DNA from: Cyclobacteriaceae bacterium
GTDB taxonomy: Bacteria > Bacteroidota > Bacteroidia > Cytophagales > Cyclobacteriaceae
Direction of reading: 5' to 3'
Length of the DNA: 64,000 bases
Assembly (NCBI GenBank): GCA_044226945.1
Contig: JBGAGB010000014.1
Coordinates: 194 to 64,193 of the forward strand
The notes beneath the pieces are model-generated. The model did not search any database. It saw only the letters and a program-made list of their open reading frames with translations, and had not been told where the DNA came from. Positions 37,496-46,544 of this stretch are shown here, in pieces. The stretch's first letter is position 1. Each line of letters begins with the position of its first letter. The translations under genes and the position numbers were made by a program.

Positions 37496-38173
37496 TTAAT
37501 CGCGTACCGGGATTCGAATGAATAATTGGTAGTTAAGTCCCCACCAATTGTTCTTGATCGTACGTCCGTAACCCGGCACATCGTACGATACGAGTTCAGA
37601 TTGGCCATCGGTCCGAAGTCTGAACTTCATCCTTCCAGTCACACCCAACCAAACAAACTTCCAAATCTTTATCCGGAGGCCGGTGGTCAGTTCTTCCCAA
37701 TGGGCGCTTGCATTCGGGTTGAAGGCTTGCACATTCACGTCACCGAAGTTGTCGTCCGTAAAGGTATAGTTCGAGTAATCTTGGTAGTGGGTGAATGCGT
37801 GTCGAAAACCGATGAAAAACATGTTCCGGTCGGGATCCTTCAATAAGAAATTGATGTCCAAACCCAAGCGCATATACTTTCCATCACTTGCATACATCCC
37901 GTTTCCCAAGGCGTAGTTTGTCGACCACGAACCATAGTCAGCCGTCAGGTAATAACGGCGGTACATGTCCGCATCTACATTTATTTCCCATCCCTTGAAG
38001 TAATTGGTGTATTGACTCTTGCCGATCGCCAACAAATCGGTTCCCACTCGAATGCCCGTAGGCAAAAATGGATACTTAGTGCTGTCGTTTTCAAGCCGGT
38101 CTTGCGCGTATGCGGTCATCGCCCAACACCAGCAGGTCACGCTAAAAATACATGCTGATATTCGTCGCGACAC
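37496..38173 (-). CDS. hypothetical outer-membrane beta-barrel-like protein (possibly DUF6048 family)
   Basis: Signal peptide ending AYAQD. Alternating aromatic/hydrophobic beta-strand pattern and a C-terminal aromatic-rich end. Confidence 0.5.
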   Translation of the reverse strand: MSRRISACIFSVTCWCWAMTAYAQDRLENDSTKYPFLPTGIRVGTDLLAIGKSQYTNYFKGWEINVDADMYRRYYLTADYGSWSTNYALGNGMYASDGKYMRLGLDINFLLKDPDRNMFFIGFRHAFTHYQDYSNYTFTDDNFGDVNVQAFNPNASAHWEELTTGLRIKIWKFVWLGVTGRMKFRLRTDGQSELVSYDVPGYGRTIKNNWWGLNYQLFIRIPVRD

Positions 38174-38588
38174 TGGAGAGTAGATTTTGATTCACGATGA
38201 CCACGTTATTTTCAGGAAATGTCGAGTGTTTGATCTCAAGTCCAGATTGAAACAACACAGATCCACAGCTTGGAGCCAAAACACGCGATTGATTGTTGTA
38301 ACCAAGGACGAGCGTATCGGAGCGAGTCCCGTATTGAAAAACGTACTTGGTTTCGGTTGCCGATGGATCAACCACCAACGCGAGGGTGCCGCTGACTTCC
38401 TTGTTTTGGACGAAGATCAGTTTGTTGGGGATATGGATCGACGAGAAGGTAACTGCCTGAGGGGTAGTTCGGGCTGAAGCCTTGAAAAGCGCCACTTTCA
38501 CCACGGTGGTGTTCACAAAAAGGCAATCTCCCTTGTCGAAGCAAGAGCCTGCCACGAACGCCACCGAGATCAACAAAAATGCTCGCAA
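38142..38588 (-). CDS. hypothetical lipoprotein (possibly DUF6452 family)
   Basis: I trimmed the start to TTG 38588, which gives a lipoprotein signal (M)RAFLLISVAFVAGSC. A perfect -7 box lies 18 nt upstream. Confidence 0.5.
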   Translation of the reverse strand: MRAFLLISVAFVAGSCFDKGDCLFVNTTVVKVALFKASARTTPQAVTFSSIHIPNKLIFVQNKEVSGTLALVVDPSATETKYVFQYGTRSDTLVLGYNNQSRVLAPSCGSVLFQSGLEIKHSTFPENNVVIVNQNLLSSVATNISMYF

Positions 38589-38606
38589 CTGGGAATTTTT
38601 TGTCCG

Positions 38607-38614
38607 CAAATATA
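38607..38614 (-). promoter_or_regulatory. candidate -7 promoter box for the lipoprotein gene
   Basis: The minus strand reads TATATTTG (perfect), 18 nt upstream of TTG 38588. Confidence 0.45.
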
Positions 38615-38659
38615 CTTTTTGAGGTTCAGCTCGACCCCGGCGAAGGCATGTATTTTTAG

Positions 38660-38667
38660 TAAATTTG
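38660..38667 (+). promoter_or_regulatory. candidate -7 promoter box for rimO
   Basis: TAAATTTG (perfect), 23 nt upstream of TTG 38691. It lies downstream of the ORF-track start at 38619, which argues against that start. Confidence 0.45.
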
Positions 38668-38690
38668 CCCCTCATTTTAGACGCAACACA

Positions 38691-40001
38691 TTGAAAACCA
38701 AGGGCCACAAGAAGACAAAAGTCAACATCGTCACGATGGGTTGTTCCAAGAACCAGGTGGATTCCGAGGTTTTATTGACGCAGCTCCGAGGAAACAATAT
38801 TGATGCCACGCACGAGGCAAAAAATGACGATGCAAATATCGTAGTGATCAATACCTGTGGTTTTATCGACAACGCGAAACAAGAGTCGATCGACACGATC
38901 CTCCGATATGTCGACGCCAAGGAAGAAGGCATTGTCGAGAAGGTTTACGTGACCGGGTGCCTTTCGCAACGGTACTCTGGCGAGCTGGAGAAGGAAATAC
39001 CAGAAGTGGATGCGTGGTTTGGCACACGAGACCTTTCCCGGTTGCTCAAAACGCTGAATGCTAATTACAAGCACGAGCTGGTGGGCGAGCGCATTCTCAC
39101 CAACCCAAGCCATTTCGCGTACCTGAAAATTGCCGAAGGTTGTGACCGACCGTGTTCATTTTGTGCTATTCCATTGATGCGAGGCAAACACGTGTCGCGC
39201 CCAATTGAAGAGTTGGTGTTAGAAGCAAAGAACTTGGCCAAGTCGGGAACGAAAGAACTACTGTTGATTGCTCAAGATTCAACCTATTACGGGTTGGATT
39301 TGTATAAGAAGCGCAACCTTGCTGAATTGATGGCGAAGCTGTCGGATGTTGAAGGCATTGAATGGATCCGGCTTCACTATGCATTTCCTGCGGGTTTTCC
39401 GTTGGATGTGCTCGACTTGATGAACGAACGTAGCAACATTTGCAAATACTTGGACATCCCGTTGCAGCATGGATCAAGTCGAATGCTCAAGTTGATGCGC
39501 CGGGGCACGGATCGCGAAAAAACGGAAACACTGTTAGCGACGATTCGCGAACGGGTCCCTGGTATTGCTATTCGAACGACACTCATCGCAGGTCACCCGG
39601 GTGAAACCGAAGCTGACTTCGAAGAAATGATGGGTTTCGTTGAACGCTCGCGTTTCGATCGTTTGGGCGTCTTTACTTATTCACATGAAGAGAATACACA
39701 CTCGTACAGCATGCCCGACGATGTGCCAAACGAAGTGAAGCAAGAGCGACTCGATGCAATCATGGAATTGCAACAAGGTATTTCCTTTGAGCTGAATCAA
39801 CAGAAGGTGGGGAAAGTCTTTAAGGTGTTGGTCGATCGAAAAGAGGAAGGTCAATTTATCGGCCGCACGGAATTCGACTCGCCCGAGGTTGACAACGAAG
39901 TGCTTTTAGATTCTAAAGAATACCTTCGACTGGGCGATTTTGTTAACGCACGTGTAAATTCCGCGACGGAATTCGATCTTTCGGCATCTGTGACGGAATA
40001 A
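38691..40001 (+). CDS. rimO: ribosomal protein S12 methylthiotransferase
   Basis: MTTase N-terminal cluster region (VNIVTMGCSKNQVDSE), radical SAM CDRPCSFCAIP, and a C-terminal TRAM domain. The start is set at TTG 38691. Confidence 0.9.
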   Translation: MKTKGHKKTKVNIVTMGCSKNQVDSEVLLTQLRGNNIDATHEAKNDDANIVVINTCGFIDNAKQESIDTILRYVDAKEEGIVEKVYVTGCLSQRYSGELEKEIPEVDAWFGTRDLSRLLKTLNANYKHELVGERILTNPSHFAYLKIAEGCDRPCSFCAIPLMRGKHVSRPIEELVLEAKNLAKSGTKELLLIAQDSTYYGLDLYKKRNLAELMAKLSDVEGIEWIRLHYAFPAGFPLDVLDLMNERSNICKYLDIPLQHGSSRMLKLMRRGTDREKTETLLATIRERVPGIAIRTTLIAGHPGETEADFEEMMGFVERSRFDRLGVFTYSHEENTHSYSMPDDVPNEVKQERLDAIMELQQGISFELNQQKVGKVFKVLVDRKEEGQFIGRTEFDSPEVDNEVLLDSKEYLRLGDFVNARVNSATEFDLSASVTE

Positions 40002-40025
40002 CTTTCCTAAAACCTGTTGTTGATT

Positions 40026-41588
40026 ATGAAGCTTCACCGGATCGCTCTGGCGGATACCCACTCGTTCTCCAATTTTTTTACAGACTATGCCGAGCGAAAA
40101 GAACAGCTAAAGCCATTCTACGGCCACTTTCCGGAGGTCAGTAACTTCAAATCTCAAATTGCCTCAAAAGCGAATTTCCCGTCGAAAAACCGCGACGTCC
40201 TCGCCGCGACACTCGAGCGTCAATATGGGTCATTGAAAATCTCGGAAAAGACTGCTCACCACATTCAATTGTTAAAAAGTTCTAAAACTTTCACCGTCAC
40301 CACGGGACACCAATTGAATGTATTTACCGGTCCGCTCTTTTTTGTGTACAAGATTGTGGCGGTCATCAATGCTTGTCGCGAGCTGAAAAAGGCATATCCC
40401 GAGTATGACTTTGTTCCTGTTTTTTGGATGGCCTCCGAAGACCACGACTACGAGGAAATTCGATCATTCAAATTGTACGGCAAGAAATACACGTGGCACA
40501 CTGAGCAAACCGGAGCCGTCGGGCGGTTCAATCCCAAGAGCCTCGAGAAATTGCTCGAAGAAGTTCCCGGCGATGTGAGCATCTTCCGCGAAGCATATCT
40601 CAAGTTCCCTACGTTGGCCGGTGCCTGTCGTTCTTATGTGAACGCACTGTTTGGTCACGAAGGCTTGGTAGTCGTGGATGGCGACGACCGGGACTTGAAA
40701 GCCTTGTTCAAACCTGTCATTCACGAAGACCTGTTTGAGCATACGCCGAAGAAATTGGTCGAGGAGAAAAATGGCGAGCTCACGGCGCTGGGTTACCACA
40801 CCCAAGTCTTTGCCCGCGATATCAACTTCTTCTATCTCGACAATGGAGTTCGCGCACGCATTGAACGTCATGGTGATACATTTCGCGTTCTCGACACTTC
40901 GATTCAATTTTCGGAAAAAGAGCTCGCTGCCTTAATTGAAAGCAACCCAGAAAAGTTTAGCCCGAACGTGATTCTTCGTCCGGTGTATCAAGAGTGCATT
41001 CTGCCAAACTTGGCCTATGTGGGTGGACCTGCAGAGATGATCTATTGGTTGCAATTGAAGGGGATATTTGATCACCTTCAACTTCCCTTTCCAATCCTAT
41101 TGCCCCGATGTTTTGCTCTTTACATGGAGAAACACCACCATGAAAAGTGGGAGAAGACCGGATTGTCAATTGCCGAACTCTTCAAAGAGAAAAATTTTCT
41201 TTTCAATCACTGGGTCCTCAAACATACGCGTCACGATCTGACTCTCGGAATCGAGTTGACAAAGCTGGCCGAGATGATTGATTCAATCAAGGAGCGGGCG
41301 CGTGCCATTGACACCACGCTGGAACCACTTGTGGCGGCTGAGTCTGTCCGCATGACACGAAGTATCGAAAAGATAGAGAGGAAGATGCTAAAGGCCGAGA
41401 AGCGCTTCCATAAGGAAAAGCTGCAACAGATCGAAGCCGTAAAAGATGCGTTGTTTCCGGGGGGTGGTCTTCAAGAACGCACGGACAACTTCCTGAATTT
41501 CTTCCAAAAGGACCCTAGCTTCATCAACAAGATGGTCGAATGGCTCGACCCATTTGACTTGCGATTCAACGTGATCTGCGATGACTAA
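40026..41588 (+). CDS. bshC: bacillithiol biosynthesis cysteine-adding enzyme
   Basis: TGHQLNVFTGPLFFVYKI and FWMASEDHDYEEI signatures, about 520 aa with a C-terminal coiled coil. Confidence 0.85.
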   Translation: MKLHRIALADTHSFSNFFTDYAERKEQLKPFYGHFPEVSNFKSQIASKANFPSKNRDVLAATLERQYGSLKISEKTAHHIQLLKSSKTFTVTTGHQLNVFTGPLFFVYKIVAVINACRELKKAYPEYDFVPVFWMASEDHDYEEIRSFKLYGKKYTWHTEQTGAVGRFNPKSLEKLLEEVPGDVSIFREAYLKFPTLAGACRSYVNALFGHEGLVVVDGDDRDLKALFKPVIHEDLFEHTPKKLVEEKNGELTALGYHTQVFARDINFFYLDNGVRARIERHGDTFRVLDTSIQFSEKELAALIESNPEKFSPNVILRPVYQECILPNLAYVGGPAEMIYWLQLKGIFDHLQLPFPILLPRCFALYMEKHHHEKWEKTGLSIAELFKEKNFLFNHWVLKHTRHDLTLGIELTKLAEMIDSIKERARAIDTTLEPLVAAESVRMTRSIEKIERKMLKAEKRFHKEKLQQIEAVKDALFPGGGLQERTDNFLNFFQKDPSFINKMVEWLDPFDLRFNVICDD

Positions 41589-42153
41589 AGCGCATGCCAG
41601 GAAAATCTACCTAGCTAAACGCAAAGCGCTTTCCCAAGGAGAGCGTGATATGCTGAACCAGCATATCTACCACAATTTCTTCATCAACCCTGCACTGTCT
41701 TTTGTCCGAACGCTGCATATTTTCCTTTCGATGGAACGGACGCTTGAACCCGACACCTGGGGACTCATTGACAGGCTCCGTCGCGAAATGCCCTTTATCC
41801 GATTGGTGATCCCTCGCATCGCTGAAAACGGTGAATTAGATCACGTGTACTTCGAGGGACTCCACCAACTCAAGCAAAGCGCATTTGGAATCATGGAACC
41901 TGTGCAGGGAATTCCCGCTGAGGTTACCAAAATCGATTTTGTGCTCGTTCCGTTGTTGGCTGTCGACCGGAATGGCAATCGGGTCGGGTACGGGAAAGGG
42001 CACTACGACCGTTTTTTGAAGGAGTGTCGCGCCGATTGCACCAAAGCCGGAATCTCTTTCTTCCCTCCCACCGAAATTTTTACCGATGTGGAACCTCATG
42101 ACGTTCCGTTGGACCTTTGTTTCACTCCTGACGGGGCGATCGCGTTTCGTTGA
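41581..42153 (+). CDS. 5-formyltetrahydrofolate cyclo-ligase
   Basis: VLVPLLAVDRNGNRVGYGKGHYDRFL signature. 8-nt overlap with bshC. Confidence 0.85.
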   Translation: MTKAHARKIYLAKRKALSQGERDMLNQHIYHNFFINPALSFVRTLHIFLSMERTLEPDTWGLIDRLRREMPFIRLVIPRIAENGELDHVYFEGLHQLKQSAFGIMEPVQGIPAEVTKIDFVLVPLLAVDRNGNRVGYGKGHYDRFLKECRADCTKAGISFFPPTEIFTDVEPHDVPLDLCFTPDGAIAFR

Positions 42154-42154
42154 A

Positions 42155-43162
42155 TTACCCTAATGGCGTCGGCTTACTCTTCATGGGCTCAAAACCCAGA
42201 TCGGCGATAATCTTATCTCGGAGATAGATCGCCGCTACGAGAAGAACCGTATTGACACTCACTCCTCCTTCGTAAGCGGTCGCTTCCAACCAACTGAGTG
42301 TTTCGGGATCTTCTTTCAGACGGTGCACAGCCACCATCAGGTTTTTTTGTGCCCAGTAGCGATTTGTTGGGTTCGTTCCCTTCACCTCTGCAAGAATCTC
42401 ATAGTAACGTTGATCCATCATCTGCGGAATCGTGGATTGCCGGAGGAGTTTCTCGCCACTCTCATTCAATCGGATTGGTGAAGCACTCGCGGCCTTCGCA
42501 ATCACCCAAAGGTCATCGACTTTTTCTTCAACGTTATTCAATCGACGGGTAATGCTTGGTACCTGTTCCTGATTGACCCATTTCATGTCGGTGCGAATTA
42601 CCGAAAGGTCAATGTGCATATCTGTGGTTTCCTTTCGCAACGAGATCACCTCCTGTTTGATACCTTCTAAATCGACTCGAATGTTCGATACTTCTGATTT
42701 TAGAACGGCGACATCCACCTTTAGAAGGGCGACATCTTCCTTCAAGATATTGACATCCTTTGTCAGCCCGATCAATTTCTGATTGATCGCTACCACCTCA
42801 GTCTTAAGTGATGAGACCTCGTCGGAGATGTTCGTCATCCGAATATCCAATCGCTTGACATCAACCACCAATAACTGCGTTCGACGGTCGAGTCGTACTA
42901 GAAAAAGGGTAAGAATCCCCAATGGTGGGAGTAATATACCTGCTAACGCAATCCAATTGGAAAGAGCGAGCATCTGCACAATCACACAAATTCGTTCCAT
43001 GGCCTGTTCTTGCTTGTTTCGCAGCAAAATAGTCATTGATGCAAGTGATCCTGCATCAAAACAGGAATGTTGGTATAGATTGTCAGGTTTTCCTGATTTG
43101 TTAAAACCAGCGATATAGTCCACATTAACGCACCAAATGACCCAATTCAGAGCATTTCGCAA
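42155..43162 (-). CDS. hypothetical membrane-anchored coiled-coil protein
   Basis: TM helix (WIALAGILLPPLGILTLFLV), then about 100 aa of D/E-V-x-x-L-K-rich coiled coil, then a helical C-terminal domain of about 110 aa. Plausible starts are TTG 43162, ATG 43036 or ATG 43000. Confidence 0.55.
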   Translation of the reverse strand: MRNALNWVIWCVNVDYIAGFNKSGKPDNLYQHSCFDAGSLASMTILLRNKQEQAMERICVIVQMLALSNWIALAGILLPPLGILTLFLVRLDRRTQLLVVDVKRLDIRMTNISDEVSSLKTEVVAINQKLIGLTKDVNILKEDVALLKVDVAVLKSEVSNIRVDLEGIKQEVISLRKETTDMHIDLSVIRTDMKWVNQEQVPSITRRLNNVEEKVDDLWVIAKAASASPIRLNESGEKLLRQSTIPQMMDQRYYEILAEVKGTNPTNRYWAQKNLMVAVHRLKEDPETLSWLEATAYEGGVSVNTVLLVAAIYLRDKIIADLGFEPMKSKPTPLG

Positions 43163-43190
43163 GAGAACAACGACGAAAGTTTCATCTCAC

Positions 43191-43747
43191 GACAAACCTA
43201 ATCGGCAGGAGTCTAACGGCTAACAACGAGTCACGATCAACATTTTAATATCCAATGACCAATACCCAATGACCAATCCGCGGAGGTGACCTCAATCGAG
43301 AGTGTTGGGCGTTGCCACACTAAACTTACCGACAAAGAAGGACCTACGATCTTTGGCTTGACAAACCTAATAGGCGAGAGTCTAACAACTAACAACTAAC
43401 AACCAGTCACGATCAACTTTTTAATATCCAATGACCAATACCCAATGACCAATGACCAATCCGCGGAGGCGAGCTCAATCGTGAGTGTAAACTTACCGAC
43501 ATAGAAGGACCAACAACCGTTAATTTGACAAACTAATAGGCAAGAGTCGAACAACTAACAACCAGTCACGATCAACCTTTTAATATCCAATGACCAATAC
43601 CCAATACCCAATGACCAATCCGCGGAGGTGAGCTTCAGTCGAGAGTGTAAACCTACCGACATAGAAGGACCAACAACCGCTAATTTGACAAACTAATAGG
43701 CAGGAGTCTAACAACTAACAACGAGTCACGATCAACTTTTTAATATA
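43191..43747. repeat. tandem array, 3.4 copies of a 160-169 bp non-coding unit
   Basis: Units begin at 43191, 43360, 43527 and 43687, each starting GACAAAC(C)TAAT.GGC. Each full unit contains a TAACAAC heptad run, CACGATCAAC, a CCAATGA/CCAATAC heptad run, and CCGCGGAGG. Confidence 0.9.
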
Positions 43748-43807
43748 GAGATTCGGAAAAAGAACACCGATTCTCAAACTGGCACTTATCCAGCGAAGAT
43801 CTCGTCG

Positions 43808-44845
43808 TTAAACAGCCGGTTCTTCGTGGCTTAAGCAATGAAAAGCTCCAAGTCCCCAAATAATGTCGCGGCAATCTAGACCCACAACCTTGCGATCTGG
43901 GAAACAACCCTGAAGAATGTCCAAGGCTTTGTCGTCATTCTTATCGTGGAAAATCGGGGTGACGACGTACTTGTTGCTAATGTAAAAGTTCGCGTAAGAC
44001 ACGGGCAAGCGTTGATCTTGATATGAGAATGCACCAGGCATCGGCAATTCAATCACGTTGATCGAATGGCCATTCTCCAATTTCAGCTTCGCGAGAAGCT
44101 CAGTATTCTCTTTCAACGGCTCGTAGTTCTCGTCCTTCTTGTTGTGTTCGACAACCGTCACGACGGTGGTCTCGTTCACAAATCGCGTGAGGTCGTCGAT
44201 ATGGCCGTCCGTATCGTCGCCCACAATGCCATCTCCCAACCACAAAATATTGGTGACACCATAGTAGCCACGGAGGTACTCCTCAATTTGTTGCTGGTTC
44301 AACTTGGGATTTCTGTTCTTGTTCAGCAAACAAGCTTTGGTTGTCAACACCGTGCCCTTGCCATTGAAATCCACAGAGCCACCTTCCATCACGATGCCCG
44401 GATGATATACCGGTATTTGAAGCGTTTCTCCGATCAAGGTCGGAATTCGATCGTCAAGGTCGAAGGGTGGATACTTCCCACCCCAAGCGTTGTAGCCCCA
44501 GTCAACGATTACCTTCTTCACGTCCGCTTTCGGGTTGATGAGGAATGCGGGACCGTGGTCGCGACACCATGCGTCGTTCGTGGGATGGTTCCAAAATTTT
44601 ACTTTCGACAAATCGGCGCCAGCCTTGTGAAGGTAGCCAAGCGCTTTGGCCTTCATCGCGTCGTCTAAGACGTTGATGTTGACGATCTCACCTTCGGCCA
44701 CCAGTTTGATGAACTCAGCATACACAGGAAAGATCGTCTCGATCTTGCCCGGCCATGAAGCTTCCTTGTGGGGCCAGCTTAGCCAAGTGCTGGTATGAGG
44801 GGCAAATTCTGCTGGATGGTAATACCCTTGCGAAGCAGGTGTCAT
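43808..44845 (-). CDS. aguA: agmatine deiminase
   Basis: Peptidyl-arginine deiminase-type motifs (AWCRDHGP, MEGGSVDFNGKGT, C-terminal GAFHCLSHEEP with the catalytic Cys). Paired with aguB. Confidence 0.88.
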   Translation of the reverse strand: MTPASQGYYHPAEFAPHTSTWLSWPHKEASWPGKIETIFPVYAEFIKLVAEGEIVNINVLDDAMKAKALGYLHKAGADLSKVKFWNHPTNDAWCRDHGPAFLINPKADVKKVIVDWGYNAWGGKYPPFDLDDRIPTLIGETLQIPVYHPGIVMEGGSVDFNGKGTVLTTKACLLNKNRNPKLNQQQIEEYLRGYYGVTNILWLGDGIVGDDTDGHIDDLTRFVNETTVVTVVEHNKKDENYEPLKENTELLAKLKLENGHSINVIELPMPGAFSYQDQRLPVSYANFYISNKYVVTPIFHDKNDDKALDILQGCFPDRKVVGLDCRDIIWGLGAFHCLSHEEPAV

Positions 44846-44875
44846 TGAAATTCTAGTTGGACTTCGTGGTTGAAC

Positions 44876-45775
44876 TTAATCTTCGTCGATAAACCGCTTT
44901 GTGATCGGTTGGTACGAATCGATGCGCCTGTCGCGCAGGAATGGCCAATGCGTCCGATAGCTATCTGTCTTATTCAAATCAATTTCTTGAACGTGCACCT
45001 CTTCCTTGTCGTGTGATGCCTGATAGAGGATTCGACCAAATGGATTGGACACGAAAGAGCCGCCCCAGAATTTCATTGCGCCATTTTGTTCGAACCCGAC
45101 ACGGTTGACACTCACGACGTGTACAGCATTCGCGACGGCATGACTCCTCTGAATTGTCTGCCACGCATTGAATTGTTCGGAGTTTGTCGCTTCATCTTGT
45201 GCCGTGGCCCAGCCAATGGCTGTTGGATAGAATAATATCTCTGCTCCCATCAACGCGGTGATGCGTGCTGCTTCGGGGTACCATTGATCCCAACAAATTA
45301 AGACGCCAAGCGTCGCAAACTTGGTCCGGAAGACTTTGTAACCCAGGTCTCCAGGTGTGAAGTAGAACTTTTCATAGAACGAGGGATCGTCGGGAATGTG
45401 CATCTTCCGATACTTTCCAAGGTACTTGCCGTCTGCATCGATCACGGCAGTCGTATTATGGTACAATCCATTGGTTCGTTTCTCGAATAGCGACGCGATG
45501 ATGACGACCCCGAGTTCGGCTGCTACCTTTCCAAGTCGGTCGGTCGCAGGACCAGGAATGGCCTCGGCTAGCTTGAAGTTTTCGTAGTCTTCCACATCGC
45601 AGAAGTAAAGAGAGCGGAACAATTCCTGCAGACACACGATCTGCGCTCCCTTCTTGGCAGCTTCATAGACTTTGGCGACTGCCTTTTCCAGGTTTTCGAC
45701 GGGATCGGCGGTGCAGGTCATTTGCACCAATCCGACTTTTACTTGCTTACTCAATGCGGTTCGTAAAATTTTCAC
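44876..45775 (-). CDS. aguB: N-carbamoylputrescine amidase (nitrilase superfamily)
   Basis: E-K-C triad context (VCLQELF, YRKMHIPD, LICWDQWYPE). A perfect -7 box TACTTTTG ends on the GTG at 45775, so the real start may be TTG 45754. Confidence 0.88.
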   Translation of the reverse strand: MKILRTALSKQVKVGLVQMTCTADPVENLEKAVAKVYEAAKKGAQIVCLQELFRSLYFCDVEDYENFKLAEAIPGPATDRLGKVAAELGVVIIASLFEKRTNGLYHNTTAVIDADGKYLGKYRKMHIPDDPSFYEKFYFTPGDLGYKVFRTKFATLGVLICWDQWYPEAARITALMGAEILFYPTAIGWATAQDEATNSEQFNAWQTIQRSHAVANAVHVVSVNRVGFEQNGAMKFWGGSFVSNPFGRILYQASHDKEEVHVQEIDLNKTDSYRTHWPFLRDRRIDSYQPITKRFIDED

Positions 45776-45848
45776 AAAAGTAATCCTTTCGTGCGACCGA
45801 CGAGGGTCGTTTTCGCGTGAATTTTCGCCACAATTCCTATGATTCGCG

Positions 45849-46529
45849 CTACACCACTCGATTGGCGCGCACCATTTCTTTCTTGCCGGGAGGACCAGGA
45901 AGTGTCTCGACGAGCAACCCGAGGCTTTTCAGGTCTCGCTTCACTTGTCCCTTTGCGCAGTAGGTAACAAAGATTGAGTTCCTCGACATCGAACGGAATA
46001 CTTTGTTCAACATAGGAAGCTCCCACATTTCCGGTTGCTTCGATGGGGCAAACGCATCAAAATAGACCAAGTTGAAGGCACCGTCTTCGAGCGGCACATC
46101 TTCGAGTCTACCCTTTATTTTCCGAAGTCGAAAATCTGGCGTTAAGTCGTTCCAGACTTCCCAACTACACCGGTGCATCGATTGAAACAACTCGGGCGCC
46201 CCAGACCGAAACATGAGTTGAGCATAATTGAGGGAGGTAGCGATCGTTTCATCCAACGGAAACGCTTCTATCGTCGTGTAGTTTACCTTCCACCCTTCCT
46301 CGGCACACTCCATCGCTGTCAGAAGGGCGTTTAGTCCTGTGCCAAATCCGACCTCCAATAAATTAATTGGCTGACCGGGATGCATGGCGGCCCATCGGCG
46401 CAACCCGTTCCGAATGAACACATGGATCGACTCTTGAATGGCACCGTGGCGCGAGTGGTAGGTTTCGTCGAGCTCAGTGTGTATGAGCGAGTGTGAGCCG
46501 TCGGAGGTGATGATCAATTTGACATCCAT
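45849..46529 (-). CDS. mnmD: tRNA (mnm5s2U34)-methyltransferase, MnmD-type (MnmC methyltransferase domain)
   Basis: SDGSHSL...ETYHSRHGAIQES N-terminus, SAM motif LEVGFGTGLN, DAFAP motif. Confidence 0.8.
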   Translation of the reverse strand: MDVKLIITSDGSHSLIHTELDETYHSRHGAIQESIHVFIRNGLRRWAAMHPGQPINLLEVGFGTGLNALLTAMECAEEGWKVNYTTIEAFPLDETIATSLNYAQLMFRSGAPELFQSMHRCSWEVWNDLTPDFRLRKIKGRLEDVPLEDGAFNLVYFDAFAPSKQPEMWELPMLNKVFRSMSRNSIFVTYCAKGQVKRDLKSLGLLVETLPGPPGKKEMVRANRVV

Positions 46530-46544
46530 GGCGGCAAGTTTATT

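Noticed and set aside
43240-43262. DnaA-box-like TATCCAAT words in the tandem units, suggesting a replication origin
   Set aside because: They match only about 6 of 9 positions of TTATCCACA. There is no dnaA/dnaN neighbourhood and no AT-rich unwinding element, so an origin is not supported.
43282-43289. Shine-Dalgarno-like GGAGGTGA in each tandem unit, suggesting small ORFs
   Set aside because: No ATG, GTG or TTG at a suitable distance opens more than a few codons. The best case is 7 codons in unit 2, and it is not conserved between units.
43191-43747. Possible CRISPR array
   Set aside because: The period is 160-169 bp and essentially the whole unit is repeated. There are no short conserved repeats alternating with unique spacers, and no cas genes in the window.
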